Origin: Camelus ferus
Taxonomy: Eukaryota
Length of the DNA: 64,000 nucleotides
Assembly: GCF_009834535.1 (NCBI RefSeq)
Contig: NC_045696.1
Coordinates: 78,556,001 to 78,620,000, forward strand
Direction of reading: 5' to 3'
Position numbers and translations under genes: made by a program. Below, in pieces: positions 1-13,582 of this stretch. How positions within the stretch are numbered: the first letter of the stretch is position 1; every line of letters begins with the position of its first letter. The notes beneath the pieces were generated by a model. That model did not search any database, was not told where the DNA came from, and was given only the letters and a program-made list of their open reading frames with translations.

Positions 1-439
1 TATATTATTCCCTATTTTATAGACAATCAAGATGAATGATGAATTGAGCTGTTTAAATAATTTAATAAAATCACATCTTGATATTTACCAGTCATCTTTG
101 GATGTACAGTGCCTTAAAGTTCTGTCATGACTTCTAATAGGATATATTAAATACTTACAAGTATGACAAAGCAACCACATTTTGATTCAGTTATCTAACT
201 GAATTTTTTGAAGGTGAGGGTTAGACTGAAGATCTTTCTTTTTATATAAGATCAAGGATCCATATTAATATTTTATGCATGAAAAAGTACAGTAGCAGTT
301 GATGACCAAGAAATATTGATTAGTTGATGTGAGTAGCATCAATAATGAAAAGCCTTCTTCTCGCTCTGACTTTAGAACTTCCTTTCCTAACATTTGAGTT
401 TTTCTAAACTGGATTTTTCTGAATTCCAAATAATAAAAA

Positions 440-1050
440 TTCAATTCAATTCAATTCAGCAGTCATTTACTGAACACCTATTATGTGCAAAGCATTGGAT
501 GATGCAGAGTCTTGTGGAGGGTACTAAGGCAAGACAGAGAAGCTGTCCCTTCGCCATGCCCCTACCTCCACGGAGTTTGTAATTAATTAGGGCAGTGCTT
601 TCCAAGCTGTAATATGCATTGCAATCCCCCAGGGTTCTTGGTCTGGGATGTAGCCTGTCATTCTGCGTTTCTAACAAGCTCCCTGGTGATGTCCATACTG
701 CTGATTAACAGACTAACAGACTATACTGGAGAAGCAAGGGATTTAGAGGCTGAAAGATGTAGTAATTAAAAAGGAGAATGGGAGAAGCTCCATGAGAGGC
801 AGAAGAGGAAAAGATTGCTCCAACTAGAAAAGAAGGTGGAAATGGGGAACTGAAAGGAGTTCATGGGATACCTGGTATTCTTATGGATCCTGCCAGCTGA
901 GGACTATCTTCATGAACAGAGATAACAGAACAAGGGCAATCCAGGCACAGGGAAAAACTAACAAAAATATCAAGGCAGAGGGGGCAGAAAATGCAGCATG
1001 TTCAGAGGGAATACTAAATAATATGGACAAGCAGAATGTGCAGTTCACAA
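440..1050 (-). mobile_element. L2 LINE remnant (3' end), interrupted by MER5A
   Basis: attcaattcagcagtcatttactgaacacctattatgtgcaaagca resembles the antisense L2 3' terminus; purine-rich continuation; boundaries approximate. Confidence 0.6.
591..740. mobile_element. MER5A-like hAT-Charlie MITE
   Basis: cagtgctttccaagct...ctgcgtttctaacaagctccctggtgatg...actggagaagca resembles the MER5A consensus. Confidence 0.75.
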
Positions 1051-1797
1051 GGGGAAATAAGATAAGTTCATAATCAGCAAAAAAATAAATATTATGCTTA
1101 CGGTTTTCATTATTTGTGTTAATAATCATATCAAATCTATCATTGCCCTGCCACTTAAAGTCTTCATGTGTTATCCTCGGGTGTTCTTATAACAATTTGG
1201 TGACATAGATTTTTCCCGTTGTTGATGTTGTAACCCATTGATAAATGATTCTGAAGAGAGCATGTTAATTGTCTTCACATAAGGTTAAACAGTTACAGTG
1301 CTGGATTCAAACTCCAAAATAATTTTGTGTCCCACAAAACACTGTCTCCAGGAACCATTTATAGAGTAAGAAAAAAAACAACATATTTTAATTTAGAATA
1401 ATAGTCCAGGAGCAAAGTACTTTTCTTCCCCTAAGATTTACTTTATCACAATGGCCAGGTGACAAAAAAACCTCTAGTCTTTTTTTCTAACTTAATGGAA
1501 ATTCACCTAATATCTCACTGTTAAACATGATAGACCTTGTTGGTTTGTGTCAGGCTCCTTACAAAGATAAGAAAATAAAGTCACATTCATAGTTTTCAAA
1601 GAATTTTGATCAAGAGTGTGCACTGAATTTTAAAAACCCACACATTTACTCAACATATGGCTGCCCAGGTACCATCTGCAAATTATACAACACAATCTTG
1701 AAAGGTACCCTGTCTTCAATGAACTGCTATAGTAGTCTTAGAAAGTATAAAAAGCAGTAACATTGCTTAATTTTCTTATTTTACTTAAATAATACAG

Positions 1798-1817
1798 GAA
1801 AAAACTTATTAATCTAG
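1798..1817 (+). pseudogene. 20-nt micro-exon remnant (phase 2->1, KKLINL) of putative peptide-precursor paralog
   Basis: ttttcttattttacttaaataatacag|GAAAAAACTTATTAATCTAG|gtaagg; shares AATCYAG|gtaa end with micro-exons at 43842 and 52515. Confidence 0.4.
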
Positions 1818-3542
1818 GTAAGGATGTTTGAAAAAATGGGAAAAGTCCAAATATTTCAAAGAAATTCAATTGTATTCAGTATGACTGCAAGCAGTTAAAA
1901 GTAGCTTAAAAAACTTAAATTCAGTTTTATAATGAGGTTAACAAACACCCAAAAAACAATTTCAGTGATTATGTGAGCTTCACTTATGAATGGCAGTTAG
2001 ATATTTGTAAACTAATAGTTTGCAAGGGCTTATGGATTATGGCTTATGGCTACTTATTCTTTTAAAATTTTTGAACAACCATTCAGTTGTGTTTAAACAG
2101 TTAATCTGTAATTTCTGTCTAATAGGTAAAGGTAGTATTTATCAGTTACCTCACCTGACTGTCCACAAATTTTAAAAGCATAAAGAATGTGGATTCTATA
2201 ACTTTATAAGTAAGACCATTTATAATTTCAAGATCTTATTATTAGAGAGAAAAATGTGAATCTAATTTATACAAAGAATTTTGTGTATGAAGAGGGTGTG
2301 TGATTTTAACATTAAAATTATTGGCAGAAATGGCAAACCTCTTTTAATAAATACCTGCATCTGAGAGAAAAAGAAAAAATTGAAGCCTCTGTATTCCCTA
2401 AATGTAATGCATTGAAACCTAATAAAAATTAAATTAAAAATTGAAATGAGTATCAATGTTTCTTTGAAAACTCTCCCTAATACAATCTTAAAAAAACGAA
2501 GCTATTTTAAACAATGCAGGCTTTGAACACTCTATAGCTCTGAAAAAAATGGATTCTCATTTTCACTTTAAATTGCATGCACAGTGTGATGAATATTAGT
2601 TTCTAGTGTTAAAGCAAGATTAAAATTTGTCAAGTTGAACGAACATTTTCTTTTGTAAAAGTTTCTTACAGTCTTCTTTTTCTTTTCTTTTATACTACCA
2701 AGCCAAAGTTCAGAAAATAGTAAATGGCTCAAAAATGTTAAAAAGAAATATATTTAATTACACACAAACACACACATACAATCTGTATCTACCTATCTAT
2801 ATCAGAAGCTCTATCCATCTATTTATCAATACATATAAATCATAATTGTATTAGGGAACTAAGGTTTGTAGAATATCTGGTACTTCTCCACATTTTTCAG
2901 TTTTTTTTCCCTTCTTAACTTTTCCTGACATTTTTATTATATACAATTTTGAAATAAAATTACTAAACCTAGAGAAAATAGTGTGGTTATAATAGATTCA
3001 ATTTTTGCATTCTTACCTCTAGTTAAATTTCCATTTACTTTGAACTTTTAATTTAAGTGGACAATTGGGCTTCTTTTTGAGTCTAACACCAAGTAAGCAT
3101 GCCAGAATAAGTAGAATATATAAAATAACTGAAATTTAATATATGTTTTTTATATTTGTTTTTACCACGATAAAATATAGACTGTTAAGATATAAAATGA
3201 CTTATCACATCTATACACTATAAAATACAAAAAAACCACCCATGATTAAGACATATATATCATGAGCCTACTTGTTAAATCTCTGATATCGCTGAAGGTA
3301 CTTATCCTATTAACTGCACTTTCCCCTTGACATTGTAAGAGTCAACTCAATGAATAAATACTTTGCACCATGCACAGTATTATGCTGTACTGAGATTATT
3401 GATGGTGCTTCTAATTTTGACCAAAAAAAAAATCAATAAACTGATGCTGAGAGATTTAAATGGTATACACCCTCACATAGGAGTATACCCAATTACCAAA
3501 TAATGATTGTCTTAATTTTAGAACTGAAACATCTTACTACAG

Positions 3543-3760
3543 GCTACATCTAATAATGAAGAGAACAACAACGGGGAGGAGCTATTTTTAGAAGGAACTG
3601 AAGAACTATTGCATGATAGATGGAAAGCATTCTGAAGCGCCAATGCCTGACAAATCCTCTTGCTAATATGCATGGAATTCTTGTGTTCTGTAATAGGAGA
3701 GCTTATTCAAAAGCAACTTGGTTAGATGTCCGATATTTCTTTATAAGCTATGAAAGTTAA
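3543..3760 (+). pseudogene. Putative terminal exon remnant: acidic spacer plus KR-QC(x14)CN-RR peptide, one frameshift
   Basis: cttactacag acceptor; ATSNNEENNNGEELFLEGTEELLHDR, then in a shifted frame MESILKR-QCLTNPLANMHGILVFCN-RRAYSK...* (TAA 3758-3760). Confidence 0.35.
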
Positions 3761-4239
3761 TTATAGGCAACATTGAAAATTTAAATTAATCATTAATTTT
3801 TAAATGAGGAAAATCAATTTAATAGTCTACTATGATATACAAAATATAATCATATTGTTGATACTGTGGAAAGATAGTTAAATTTTCATATAAAAATAAT
3901 GTTTGGGTTCATCTTGGACTGGCTGGCTACAATTCTTGTTAAGTTTCTAAGGAAGAAAAAGGAATTAATTAAAGGACATCTAAATTTACATCACATAAAG
4001 TAATTATGTTCTTCTTAATCATCAACAGAATTGTAAAAATTTGTCCTAAATTTGTATATGTATCAAGGTGTGCGTGTGTGTGTGCAAGTGCGCGTGTGTG
4101 TGTTACACATGGAAACCGCTGATAATGATTAACTGACTATGGGTAGCTACTGGCATCGAAAAGGAATCTAGCAGTCACTGAGATCTTTGTCCAGGGACTG
4201 GTTCTCCTTGAGCCGCAGTTTTAATTTTCTGCAAGATGG

Positions 4240-4570
4240 TCTGGCCCTTGCTGACCTCTCTTGTCTCTCCTTGCTTCCCCTCGTCTCTCAGGACCCACCC
4301 ACTCAGCATACCCTCAGTCCCTCAGTGCCTCCTACTCAGTCTGTACTCTTCACCTGGAATACACTTTCCTCTTTTTCTCATTTAGGTAAATCCTACCCAT
4401 CCTTTGGATTACAGAGAAACTGTCTCTCCCCTCTATTGTTTGTGTGATTTTATCTGATTAATATTAGTATTCCTATTAGAATGTAAGGGTAGATATGTGA
4501 GCTCTGTATTTTTCCTAATACACACACCATCTAGCCTTGGCATTTTAAAAACATTTTATCAATGAATGAA
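4240..4570 (+). mobile_element. L2 remnant
   Basis: Pyrimidine-rich L2-like body ending aatgaatgaat. Confidence 0.6.
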
Positions 4571-6009
4571 TAATATGTTTGCACAGTTTCTCACATCTTT
4601 TTTTTAATCTCATGATCAAAATTCATGTAATGTCATCATCTTATTCTCCAAGTAGCATGTCACTGTGTGCACTTTAAGTCTTTAGGGCAGCAATTTTGCA
4701 CCAAATATCCAAAAGCAGACATTGCCAGTTGAGCTTAGACTTCTAAATTTAAAATCAAATAAGGAAAATAAAATAAACTGTAATAATGACACATTTCTCA
4801 CAGGATGGTGGTCAAGTACATTGTAAAACTATAATGTTTGGGTGAAATCAGGAGCCCATTCTGAAGTATCTGTTTTCAGACAACTGTCAAAAGACACAAA
4901 CAAAACAATAAAAATAAAAAATAAATGCAGTTACAGTAGTGCCCTTGTGAATGGGAGTGAGTGTCATTTTGACAAGAGACATTGGAGCACAGCTGGGGAA
5001 AGAAACAAGAGAAGACACAGGGCAAAAGATCCTCACAAATGATAGCTACCACAGAGCACTCCAAATCCACAAGTTTACCTACCATCTGGGGGCTTGAATT
5101 CAAAAAGGAAATAGATTGCCTTTCAAATGTTCAGGTGCCTTCCAATGGGAAATTAACCTTAAGGCTAAATATATATTGCCGATGATGTAATCAAAGTGTA
5201 TTTAAATTTACTGAGAAGAAACAAAAACAAGTTTCAATAACACTTTGAAATATTGTAAATGGAATTGCTATGAAGTAGTTTTTAATTATGAACTAAAATT
5301 TTGACATTATCGCTCAGTAGGAAATATATGGTTATCTTCCAAAGTCTTCAGTGTGCTTCAAGAAAGAGATATTTTGGAAATAAACAAAAATACATCATCA
5401 ATATTATGAAGACAAATGATTTGCCAATGACATGCTTTGAAGACTGAGCACTCTCAATCTTCATGCATTCCAAAGATGAGAATCACTATTCCAAGTACAT
5501 ATTTTATCAAACTATTTTGGGCAACCAGGAAGCACTAAGAGACTGTAACTTTTCCCAAAATAAAATTCTAATCATATGCTAGGAATATACTGTATTTTAG
5601 ATAAATTAACAAAACATAGGTACCCATGGAACTCAAGAGATGGCAGCTTTTCAACTCTGACAGCTTGACTGGTTCAACAATTATGTTAGAGTGGTTACAG
5701 ATGTAAATTTGTCAGGGTGCCTATAATAAAAATTTTTGAGGATTAACTAAATGACAGCTTGGTCATCAACTATTTTAAAAATATTATTAGATTATGCAGC
5801 ATTGTGCCAATCCTACATTCAAACTTACTGAATTCAGTGCTCCATTCATTTAAGACCTGACAAAGTCCTTTCCCCTATACCACAGCTGCCTGGAGGAAAC
5901 TTAAACACAAGCAGATTGGACAAGAAGCACTACCAGAATAAGGGCTCTTTTTTCCAAGACAGAATGACTTCCACTTGATAAGAGTGCAAACTCTCAAATT
6001 ACTTATGCT

Positions 6010-6200
6010 CTTAGAGTTTCATACAGCTTGTTTAATCCTCACATCAACCACATGAGGGAATAGTCATTATTATCCCCACTTTAAATATACAGAAATTGAG
6101 GCTTAGACAGATCAAGTGACTTTCCCAATCTAACTAGTAAATAAAAAAAACAAGCACAGACAAGTATAGAGTCTATCTGCATCCAAAGTTCGCACATACT
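6010..6200 (-). mobile_element. MIR SINE
   Basis: tttaatcctcacatcaacc...attatccccacttt...agaaattgaggcttaga MIR core. Confidence 0.7.
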
Positions 6201-6366
6201 TAGAAAAAATTCCTATGACATGTTGACAAAAATAAAACCTTATGGAAACAACACAGAGAAGTATAAAGCATAGCTAGCCTTCCTGACCCCTTCCTGTCCT
6301 ACCACCTTTAAGTAACCACTGTAAACAGTCCTCTGTATCCTCCTATGCCTTTTTATGTTAACATAT

Positions 6367-8589
6367 TTTTTACTGAAGTATAGTTTATTTACAATTTAGT
6401 ATTAGATTCAGGTATGCAACATAGTGGTTTGATATTTTTATAGATTATACTCCATTTAAAGTTATTATAAAAATTATGTTCCCTGCACTGTATATCATAT
6501 CCTTGTTTTCTTATTTATTTTATACGTAGTAGCCTGTACCTCTTAAGTACCTTCCCCTATCTTTTCTCTCCCCCTCCCCTTCTCTAAGCTGGTAACCAAA
6601 AGTTTGTTCTCTATATCTATGAATCTGTTTCTGGTTTGTTATATCCATTTGTTTTATTTTTAGATTCCTCATATAAGTGAAAACAGACAATATTTGCCTT
6701 TCTCTGTCTGACTTATTTCACTAAGTATAATACCCTCCAGGTTCATCGATGTTGTTGTAAATGGCAAAATTTTCATTCTTTTTATGGCTGAGTAATATTC
6801 CATTGTATACATAATATGCTACAGTTTACTTACCCATTCATCTGCTCATGGACACGTGGGTTGCTTCCATATCTTGGCTAGCGTAAATAATGCTGCTATG
6901 ATCATTGGGATGCATATGTCTTTTCTAATTAGTGTTTTCATTTTCTTCAAATATATACCTAGGAGTGAAACTGCCAAATCATAGTAGTTCTATTTTTCAT
7001 TTTTTGAGGAACCTCCATAATTTTTTCCAGAGTTGCTGTACTGATTTATATCTCCACCAACAGTGCATGAATGTTCCCTTTTCTCCACCTCTTGCCAACA
7101 TTTATTATTTGTTGTTGTTATTTTTGACTATAGCAATTATGACAGGTGTGAGGCAATATCTCACTGTAGTTTTGATTTGCATTTCACTGATATGTAGTGA
7201 TGTTGAGCATCTTTTAAAATGCTTGTTGGCCATCTATGTTTTCTTTGAAAAAAAAGTCTACTCCGGTCTTCTTGCCAATTTTTAAATCAGATTGTTTGCT
7301 ATTCTTATATTGAGTCACATGAGCTGTTTATATATTTTGGATATTAACACCTTATTAGATATCATTTAAATACCTTCTCCCATTTAGTAGGTTGTGTTTT
7401 CATTCTGTTGATGGTTTCTTTTGCTGTGCAAAAGCTTTTAAGGTTAAATAGGTCCCATTTGTTTATTTTTGCTTTTGTTTCCCTTGCCTGAGGTAACAGA
7501 TCCAAAAAATAATTGCTAAGACTTATGTAAAAGAGTTTTGCCTATATTTTCTCCTAGGAATTTTATGGTTTCTGATTTTATGTTTAGTCTTTAATCCATT
7601 TTGAGTTTATTTTTGTATATGGTGTGAGAAAATGTTCTGATTTCATTCTTTTACACGTTATATCCAGTTTTCCCAACATCACTTATTAGAGAGGTTATCT
7701 TTTCCTCATCATTTATTTTTGCCTTATTTGTCGTAGATTAATCGGCCATATGGGTGCTCTATTCTGTTCCTTTGATCTGTGTGGCTTTTTTGTGCCAGAA
7801 TCCTGACTGTTTTGATTACAGTAGTACAGCCTGAAGTCAGGGAGCATGATACCTCTAGCTTTGTTCTTTTTTCTAAAGATTGCTTTGGCTATTCGGGTCT
7901 TTTATGGTTCAATACAAATTTAAGGATTATTTGTTCTAGTTCTGACAAACTGTCATGTGTATTTTGATAGGACTGCATTAAATCCATAGATTGCTTTGGG
8001 TACTATGAACATTTTAACAGTATTAATTAATTCAATCCATGAACATAGGAAATCTTTCATTTACCTGTATCATCTTTAGTAATGGTGCAGGCTGTGAGGG
8101 CGCACCTGGGTAGTCCTGGCAAGCTGATCCTCCAGAGCCCCAGGCAATTTTCAATCTGCTGCCTCTGCTCTGTGTGCCCACTTTTTAAGAGCAAAGTCTG
8201 GGCTTCTTACAGCTCTATGGTAATTCCTACTGGTTTTTAAACCAGCTAAGAGGGCTCATCTTCCCAGTGTTGGACCCCAGAGCTGGAATGTCTAATAGCT
8301 GGCTCAAACCCCTTGTTCTTCAGGGAGGATCCTTGAGTCTTTGATATCCTTCTCTTCTTCTTTGTCCTCTGTTAGGGGTGTGGGTCCCAACCAGATTGCT
8401 TCTCCTCCCTTCCTATCAAATCTCATATGGATCTTTCTTTACAGCCTTGTTTGTAGAAGAGCTGTTCTGCTGGTCCCTGAGATGATTTCAGTGAGAGTCA
8501 CCTTATACATAACTATAGTTTTGAAGTGTTCATGAGGGAAGGTGAGCCCAGGGTCCTCCTTCCCTGCCATATTGATCTTTCCTCCTCCC
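6367..8589 (-). mobile_element. L1 LINE: 3'UTR and ORF2 3' end (6367-~8078) joined to a 5'UTR piece (~8080-8589)
   Basis: Antisense L1 3' end (ttttactgaagtatagtttatttacaat) and ORF2-like sequence; right end reads gggaggaggaaagatcaatatggcag on the minus strand, like an L1 5' start. Confidence 0.85.
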
Positions 8590-8759
8590 ATGCTTTTCTT
8601 AAATCTCAAAAATGAGATGTCATCTTCATCATTTGGGACTGATTTTAATTTAAGTAAAGCTTGTCTTCATAGCAATTAAGAAATATAGCAAGTCTTCATA
8701 GCAATTAAGCATCTATAATTAGTCCCATAATTTTCTCTTCTTTAACAATATTGTAAACT

Positions 8760-10800
8760 AAACTTTGTGATTCTGGACCATTTGTGTAAAATTTGTTTTT
8801 AAGTGTTTCATAAATTTTTCCATTATTATGAATGAGATTTTTATTTTCAATTTTAATTTTTAAAGGTTCATTATGGTAAAAAAAAAAAAAGTATGGATTT
8901 TTGAATATTTTTACCTGAATCTATTTACTTTACTTATTTACTTGCTCTAACTGATTTTTAGTTATCCAGGCATGCCAATTAAATCATCTGCAAATAACAA
9001 TTCTGTCTCTTCTTCTCCATTGTCAGTATCACATATTTTGTATGTATGTATGGTGATTGCGTTAGCAACAACCTAAAAAGTAGTGTTGAATAATTAATGG
9101 TTGAGCTTCATATTTTGGTCCTCCCATTATAATGGTAAATACTTTAGCTATAGGGGAAAAAATGAACGTTAAATTTTTAGAAAAAGTCTTTGTCATATTT
9201 AGGTAGTTTCTCTTAATGTATTTTGCACTTAGATTTTCAAATTCTAGTATATGTGCAAAAAGAACAAAAATGTGTCAATACATTTTATAAAATACTTTCC
9301 AACTTCTGTAAGTAAATTCACATGTGTTCTGTACTGTAATTTGATGTTATAATAGATTATACTACTGCATTTCTAAAATTTTAAAATTTTCCATTACAAA
9401 CTTATCTCTCCATTATTGGAAAATGCCCTACTAGACATATAATTAGTTCAATATCTTTTGGCATGGTAACATTTTATTTATATAGAATTTAGAAAATCTG
9501 CAGTTTCTCTGAATTTTAAACTTATTGTTATAGAAATATCTTATAATCTCATAATTATTCATAAATCTTCTGTAGTATGGTTTTTGCTCCTTTTATATCT
9601 TGAGTTTCTATTTTTAATATGTGTCTTTTTTTTAATGGGCTTATCATTTTCTGATTTAATATGTTCAAAGAACCAAGTTTGGTTTATTAATCATTGCTAT
9701 ACATTTAGTTCTATGTCATGTACTTTACTTTCATCTTTAACAATTATATTGTACTTTAAAATTTATATTAGCTTATCATTAATTAGAATGTTTAGATTAC
9801 TATATTCAGCCTTTAAAAAAATAAATATATAAGGCAATGTATTTTCTCTTAGTAAAGCTTCAGCTGTATCCATTGCAAAATATTTTATATTGCAAATTAC
9901 TCTCTAATCCCAGAGCTATTTAGAAAAGTGTTTTGCTACTTTGTTTTCCCTAAAGTGGATAAAACATTTTTGGGTGGTATCAGTTTTTTGTTGTTTTTTT
10001 TTTTTTTTGGTTTGGTTTTTGTTTGTTTATTTGCTATTTTTTTTTTTTTTGCTTTTGGTATGTTGATTTTATTAAATTCTAAAAAGCAAATGTTACCTAT
10101 CAAATATATTATTTTTAGAATTTTTTCTTTTTGGCCAAAGACCATATTTTGTAAAGATTTGAGACATAATAGAAGAATGCTGATATATGTCTATATGTTT
10201 ATATGGTATATTCAATTCTACAAAGCTGAATATAAATACAAAAATACCCCAAAAGTCATGTATTATATTTTATTTTCTGTTTTTAGTTTATTACTCTCAT
10301 TACCAGTGATTCATGTCAAGCCAATATATAAATATCATATTTTTTCTCTATGGTGATAAAATTAGACATACATTTGTTTTAAAATTTATACTCTTACTTA
10401 TTTGCAGGGATTTATTCTGTATCTGTTAAAAAAGATCATAATACACACAGTTTTCTACATTTTGATCTTTTTACTCAAAAATACTGCAGGGACCACTCCA
10501 ATATTAATAATTGTACCCATATTTCATGTTTTTGTGGCTATATAATACCACATGATGCAGTATATTAATTTATTCTTCCATTCTTTTCTATTGAGAGCCA
10601 TTTACTTTGTTCCAATATTTTGCCAAACACTGCCAAAATAACCATCAGTATTAATATATGCTACATATTAATAAATTTAATGTCTTATCTTCTATGGAAT
10701 AGAGTTTCTGAGATGGGGTTGTGAGGCAAAAGTTTATGTATTTTTAATTTTAATAATTTTGCCAGAATGTTCCTTCCAGAGCTGTTACACTGCTAGCACT
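8760..10800 (-). mobile_element. Old degenerate L1 (L1M-type) fragments
   Basis: T-rich antisense L1-like motifs (tcatctgcaaataacaa; atttttaattttaataattttgccag); boundaries approximate. Confidence 0.5.
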
Positions 10801-11990
10801 GCTGGGTGACAGTATACTTTCTCCACTTCATTGTCCATGCTATTCTATCTTCAAAGAAAATTCTCCCCTACAGAGTCACATAACTTCCCCCTTACTTTAC
10901 TCAGTTTCTGTGAAATTTCCCCTCACCAGAGGGATCTTCTCTTAAAAATTTATTATGCCTACTCATTTACTTTCCCAGTTATTCTCTATCACCTCACCTG
11001 CTTTATTTTTCATTGCACTTACCATGATCTGATATGTGTTTATTAATTTATTTTCTGTGTCCCCTCCTACATCACCTTCTCCATTACATAAGAGAGGATT
11101 CTGTAATAACTAAAAGAAGTCTCGGAGCATTAATTCAGATCAAGTCCTAGGTCTCAGGTTCCCAGGGTCACTCCATGTTGTTCCTTTACCTCATGGTCCA
11201 GGAAGGTTACTCAATTCCTAGGGCAACACTCTCCAACAGAAATACAATGTGGGATACAAATGTGATTTACATATATAATTTAAAATTGGAATTATCAGGT
11301 ACAGAATATAACTAAGTATGTTTAATGTGTGTATTGAAATAAAAGGGATCAAAAATCTATTATGAATCAGTTTATTTGCAAAAGGATCAAATAGAAATTC
11401 TAGAATTAAAAATACAATAATTTAATTTAAAACTCCATAAGTTTCAACAGAAGTTTAGACAAAGATGAAGCGGGAAGCAGTGAAAAAGAAAATCTACATG
11501 AAGAAATTATCCACAGTGCAGCATAGAGAAAGAAGATGGAAAATGGGGAAGGGAAATTAAGACAAAAAAGATGAAGAGAGAAAGTTAAAAGTTCTATTGG
11601 AGTGACAGATGGAGAAGAGAGAATAGAACACAGGCAATATTAGAAGCAAGGAATGGGAATTTTTCAGAACTGATCAAAGATATCAACCAAAGATTTGTGA
11701 AATTCAATAAAGTCTAAACAGAATAAATAAATAAAAATTCATATCTATGCAGAGCATAGTAAATCTGAACAACAGCAAAGAGAAGTAAATTATCTGAAAA
11801 GCAATCAAAGAGAAAAGTAGCTAATTTTCACATATATAACAAAGTGACAGCTCACTTTGCAGGAGCATCAAAAGTTGACCAGTGTCTGTGATACACAAAC
11901 AGAAAATAATTGTCAACTTAAGAATTATGACAAGCAAAATTTACTAGAGATAAAGAGGGTTTATACACTAACAAAAAGTACAATCCACAA

Positions 11991-13145
11991 TTCTAGGTCT
12001 TTTGTGGTTCCATATAAATTTTATTATGATTTGTTCTAGTTCAGCGAAATATGTCCTGGGTAATTTGATAGGGATTGCATTAAATCTGTAGATTGCCTTG
12101 GGCAGTATGACCATTTTAACAATATTGATTCTTCCAATTCAGGAGCATGGGATATCTTTCCATTTTTTTAAGTCCTTTTTAATTTCCTTAATCAGTGTTT
12201 TACAGTTTTCCATGTATAAGTCTTTCACCTCCTTGGTTAGATTTATTCCTAGGTATTTTCTTACTTTGGGTGCTATTTTAAAGGGGATTGTTTCTTTACT
12301 TTCTTTTTCTGTTGATTCATCATTAGCATAAAGAAATGCAACTGATTTTTGAACGTTAATCTTATAACCTGCTACCTTGCTGGATTCTTCGATTAGTTTT
12401 AGTAGTTTTTGTGTGGACCTTTTAGGGTTTTCTATATATAGTATCACGTCATCTGCATATAGTGACACTTTTACCTCTTTTCCAATTTGGATCCCTTTTA
12501 TTTCTCTCTCTTGCCTGATTGCTGTGGCTAGGACTTCCAAGACTATGTTGAATAGGCGTGGTGACAGTGAGCAGCCTTGTCTTGTCCCAGATTTTAGTGG
12601 AAAGCTTTTGAGTTTTTCACTGTTGAGTATTATGCTGGCTGTAGGTTTGTCATATATCTTTTATTATGTGGTATATTTATACAATGGAATACTATTCAGC
12701 CATAAAAAACAACATAATGCCATTTGCAGCAACATGGATGTCCCTGGAGAATGTCATTCTAAGTGAAGTAAGCCAGAAAGAGAAAGAAAAAAACATATGA
12801 GATCGCTAATATGTCAAATCTAAACAAAAAAAAGAACATAAATACAAAACAGAAACAGAATCATAGACATAGAATGCAAACTTGTGGTTGTCAAGGGAGA
12901 GGGGTGGGAAGGGATAGACTGGGAGTTCAAAATCTGTAGATACTGACAGGCATATGTGGAATAGATAAACAAGATTATACTGTATAGCACAGGGAAATAA
13001 ATACAAGATCTTGTAGTAGCTCACAGCGAAAAAAATGTGACAATGAATATATGTATGTTCATGTATAACTGAAAAATTGTGCTCTACACTGGAATTGGAC
13101 ACAACATTGTAAAATGACTATAACTCAATAAAAAAAAGTTTAAAT
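11991..13145 (+). mobile_element. Young 5'-inverted L1 (ORF2 RT segment inverted 11991-~12666; sense 3'UTR and A-tail ~12666-13145) with 18-bp TSD
   Basis: ORF 12139-12540(-) is L1 ORF2 RT ([13 protein letters not shown]); TSD aaaaagtacaatccacaa at 11973-11990 and 13146-13163. Confidence 0.92.
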
Positions 13146-13582
13146 AAAAAGTACAATCCACAAAGGAGATATAATTCTCAACATCTATGTACCTACTGAT
13201 ATAACTTAGCCCACCAACAATAACCCAATGGCAAATGAACAAAAGATCTGCACAAATGTTTCACACAAGAGGAAATGGCTAAGGAAGATAAGCATAATGG
13301 AAAGGTACTCAACCTTTTCAAGACTAGAAAAATGCAAATAAAAATAAAGTACTGGCAAAAATGGAAACACCCTTTATATTCAATAGTGGCAAGAACATGG
13401 AACACTCATAATACTACTGATATGGAATGTAAACTTGTACAATCAGTTTGGAAGAAAACTGACAACTTATATGTAAAGTTGAATGCAAGTATAAAGTATA
13501 ACTTAGCAATTTAGCACAATTTTTCAGATGGTAATTTCAAGAAGTTATATGCCTTGAAGACTTGTTACATCTATTTACCAAG

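Noticed and set aside
8663..8709. Short 18-bp direct repeats (also ~29159-29200)
   Set aside because: Ordinary local slippage duplications; not an array or CRISPR-like structure
9928..10356. 142-aa hydrophobic ORF
   Set aside because: Produced by T-rich low-complexity sequence and L1 remnant; no splice or codon support
12139..12540. RT-like ORF (also 25014-25555 and 22060-22532)
   Set aside because: L1 ORF2 fragments, not host genes or a novel RT system
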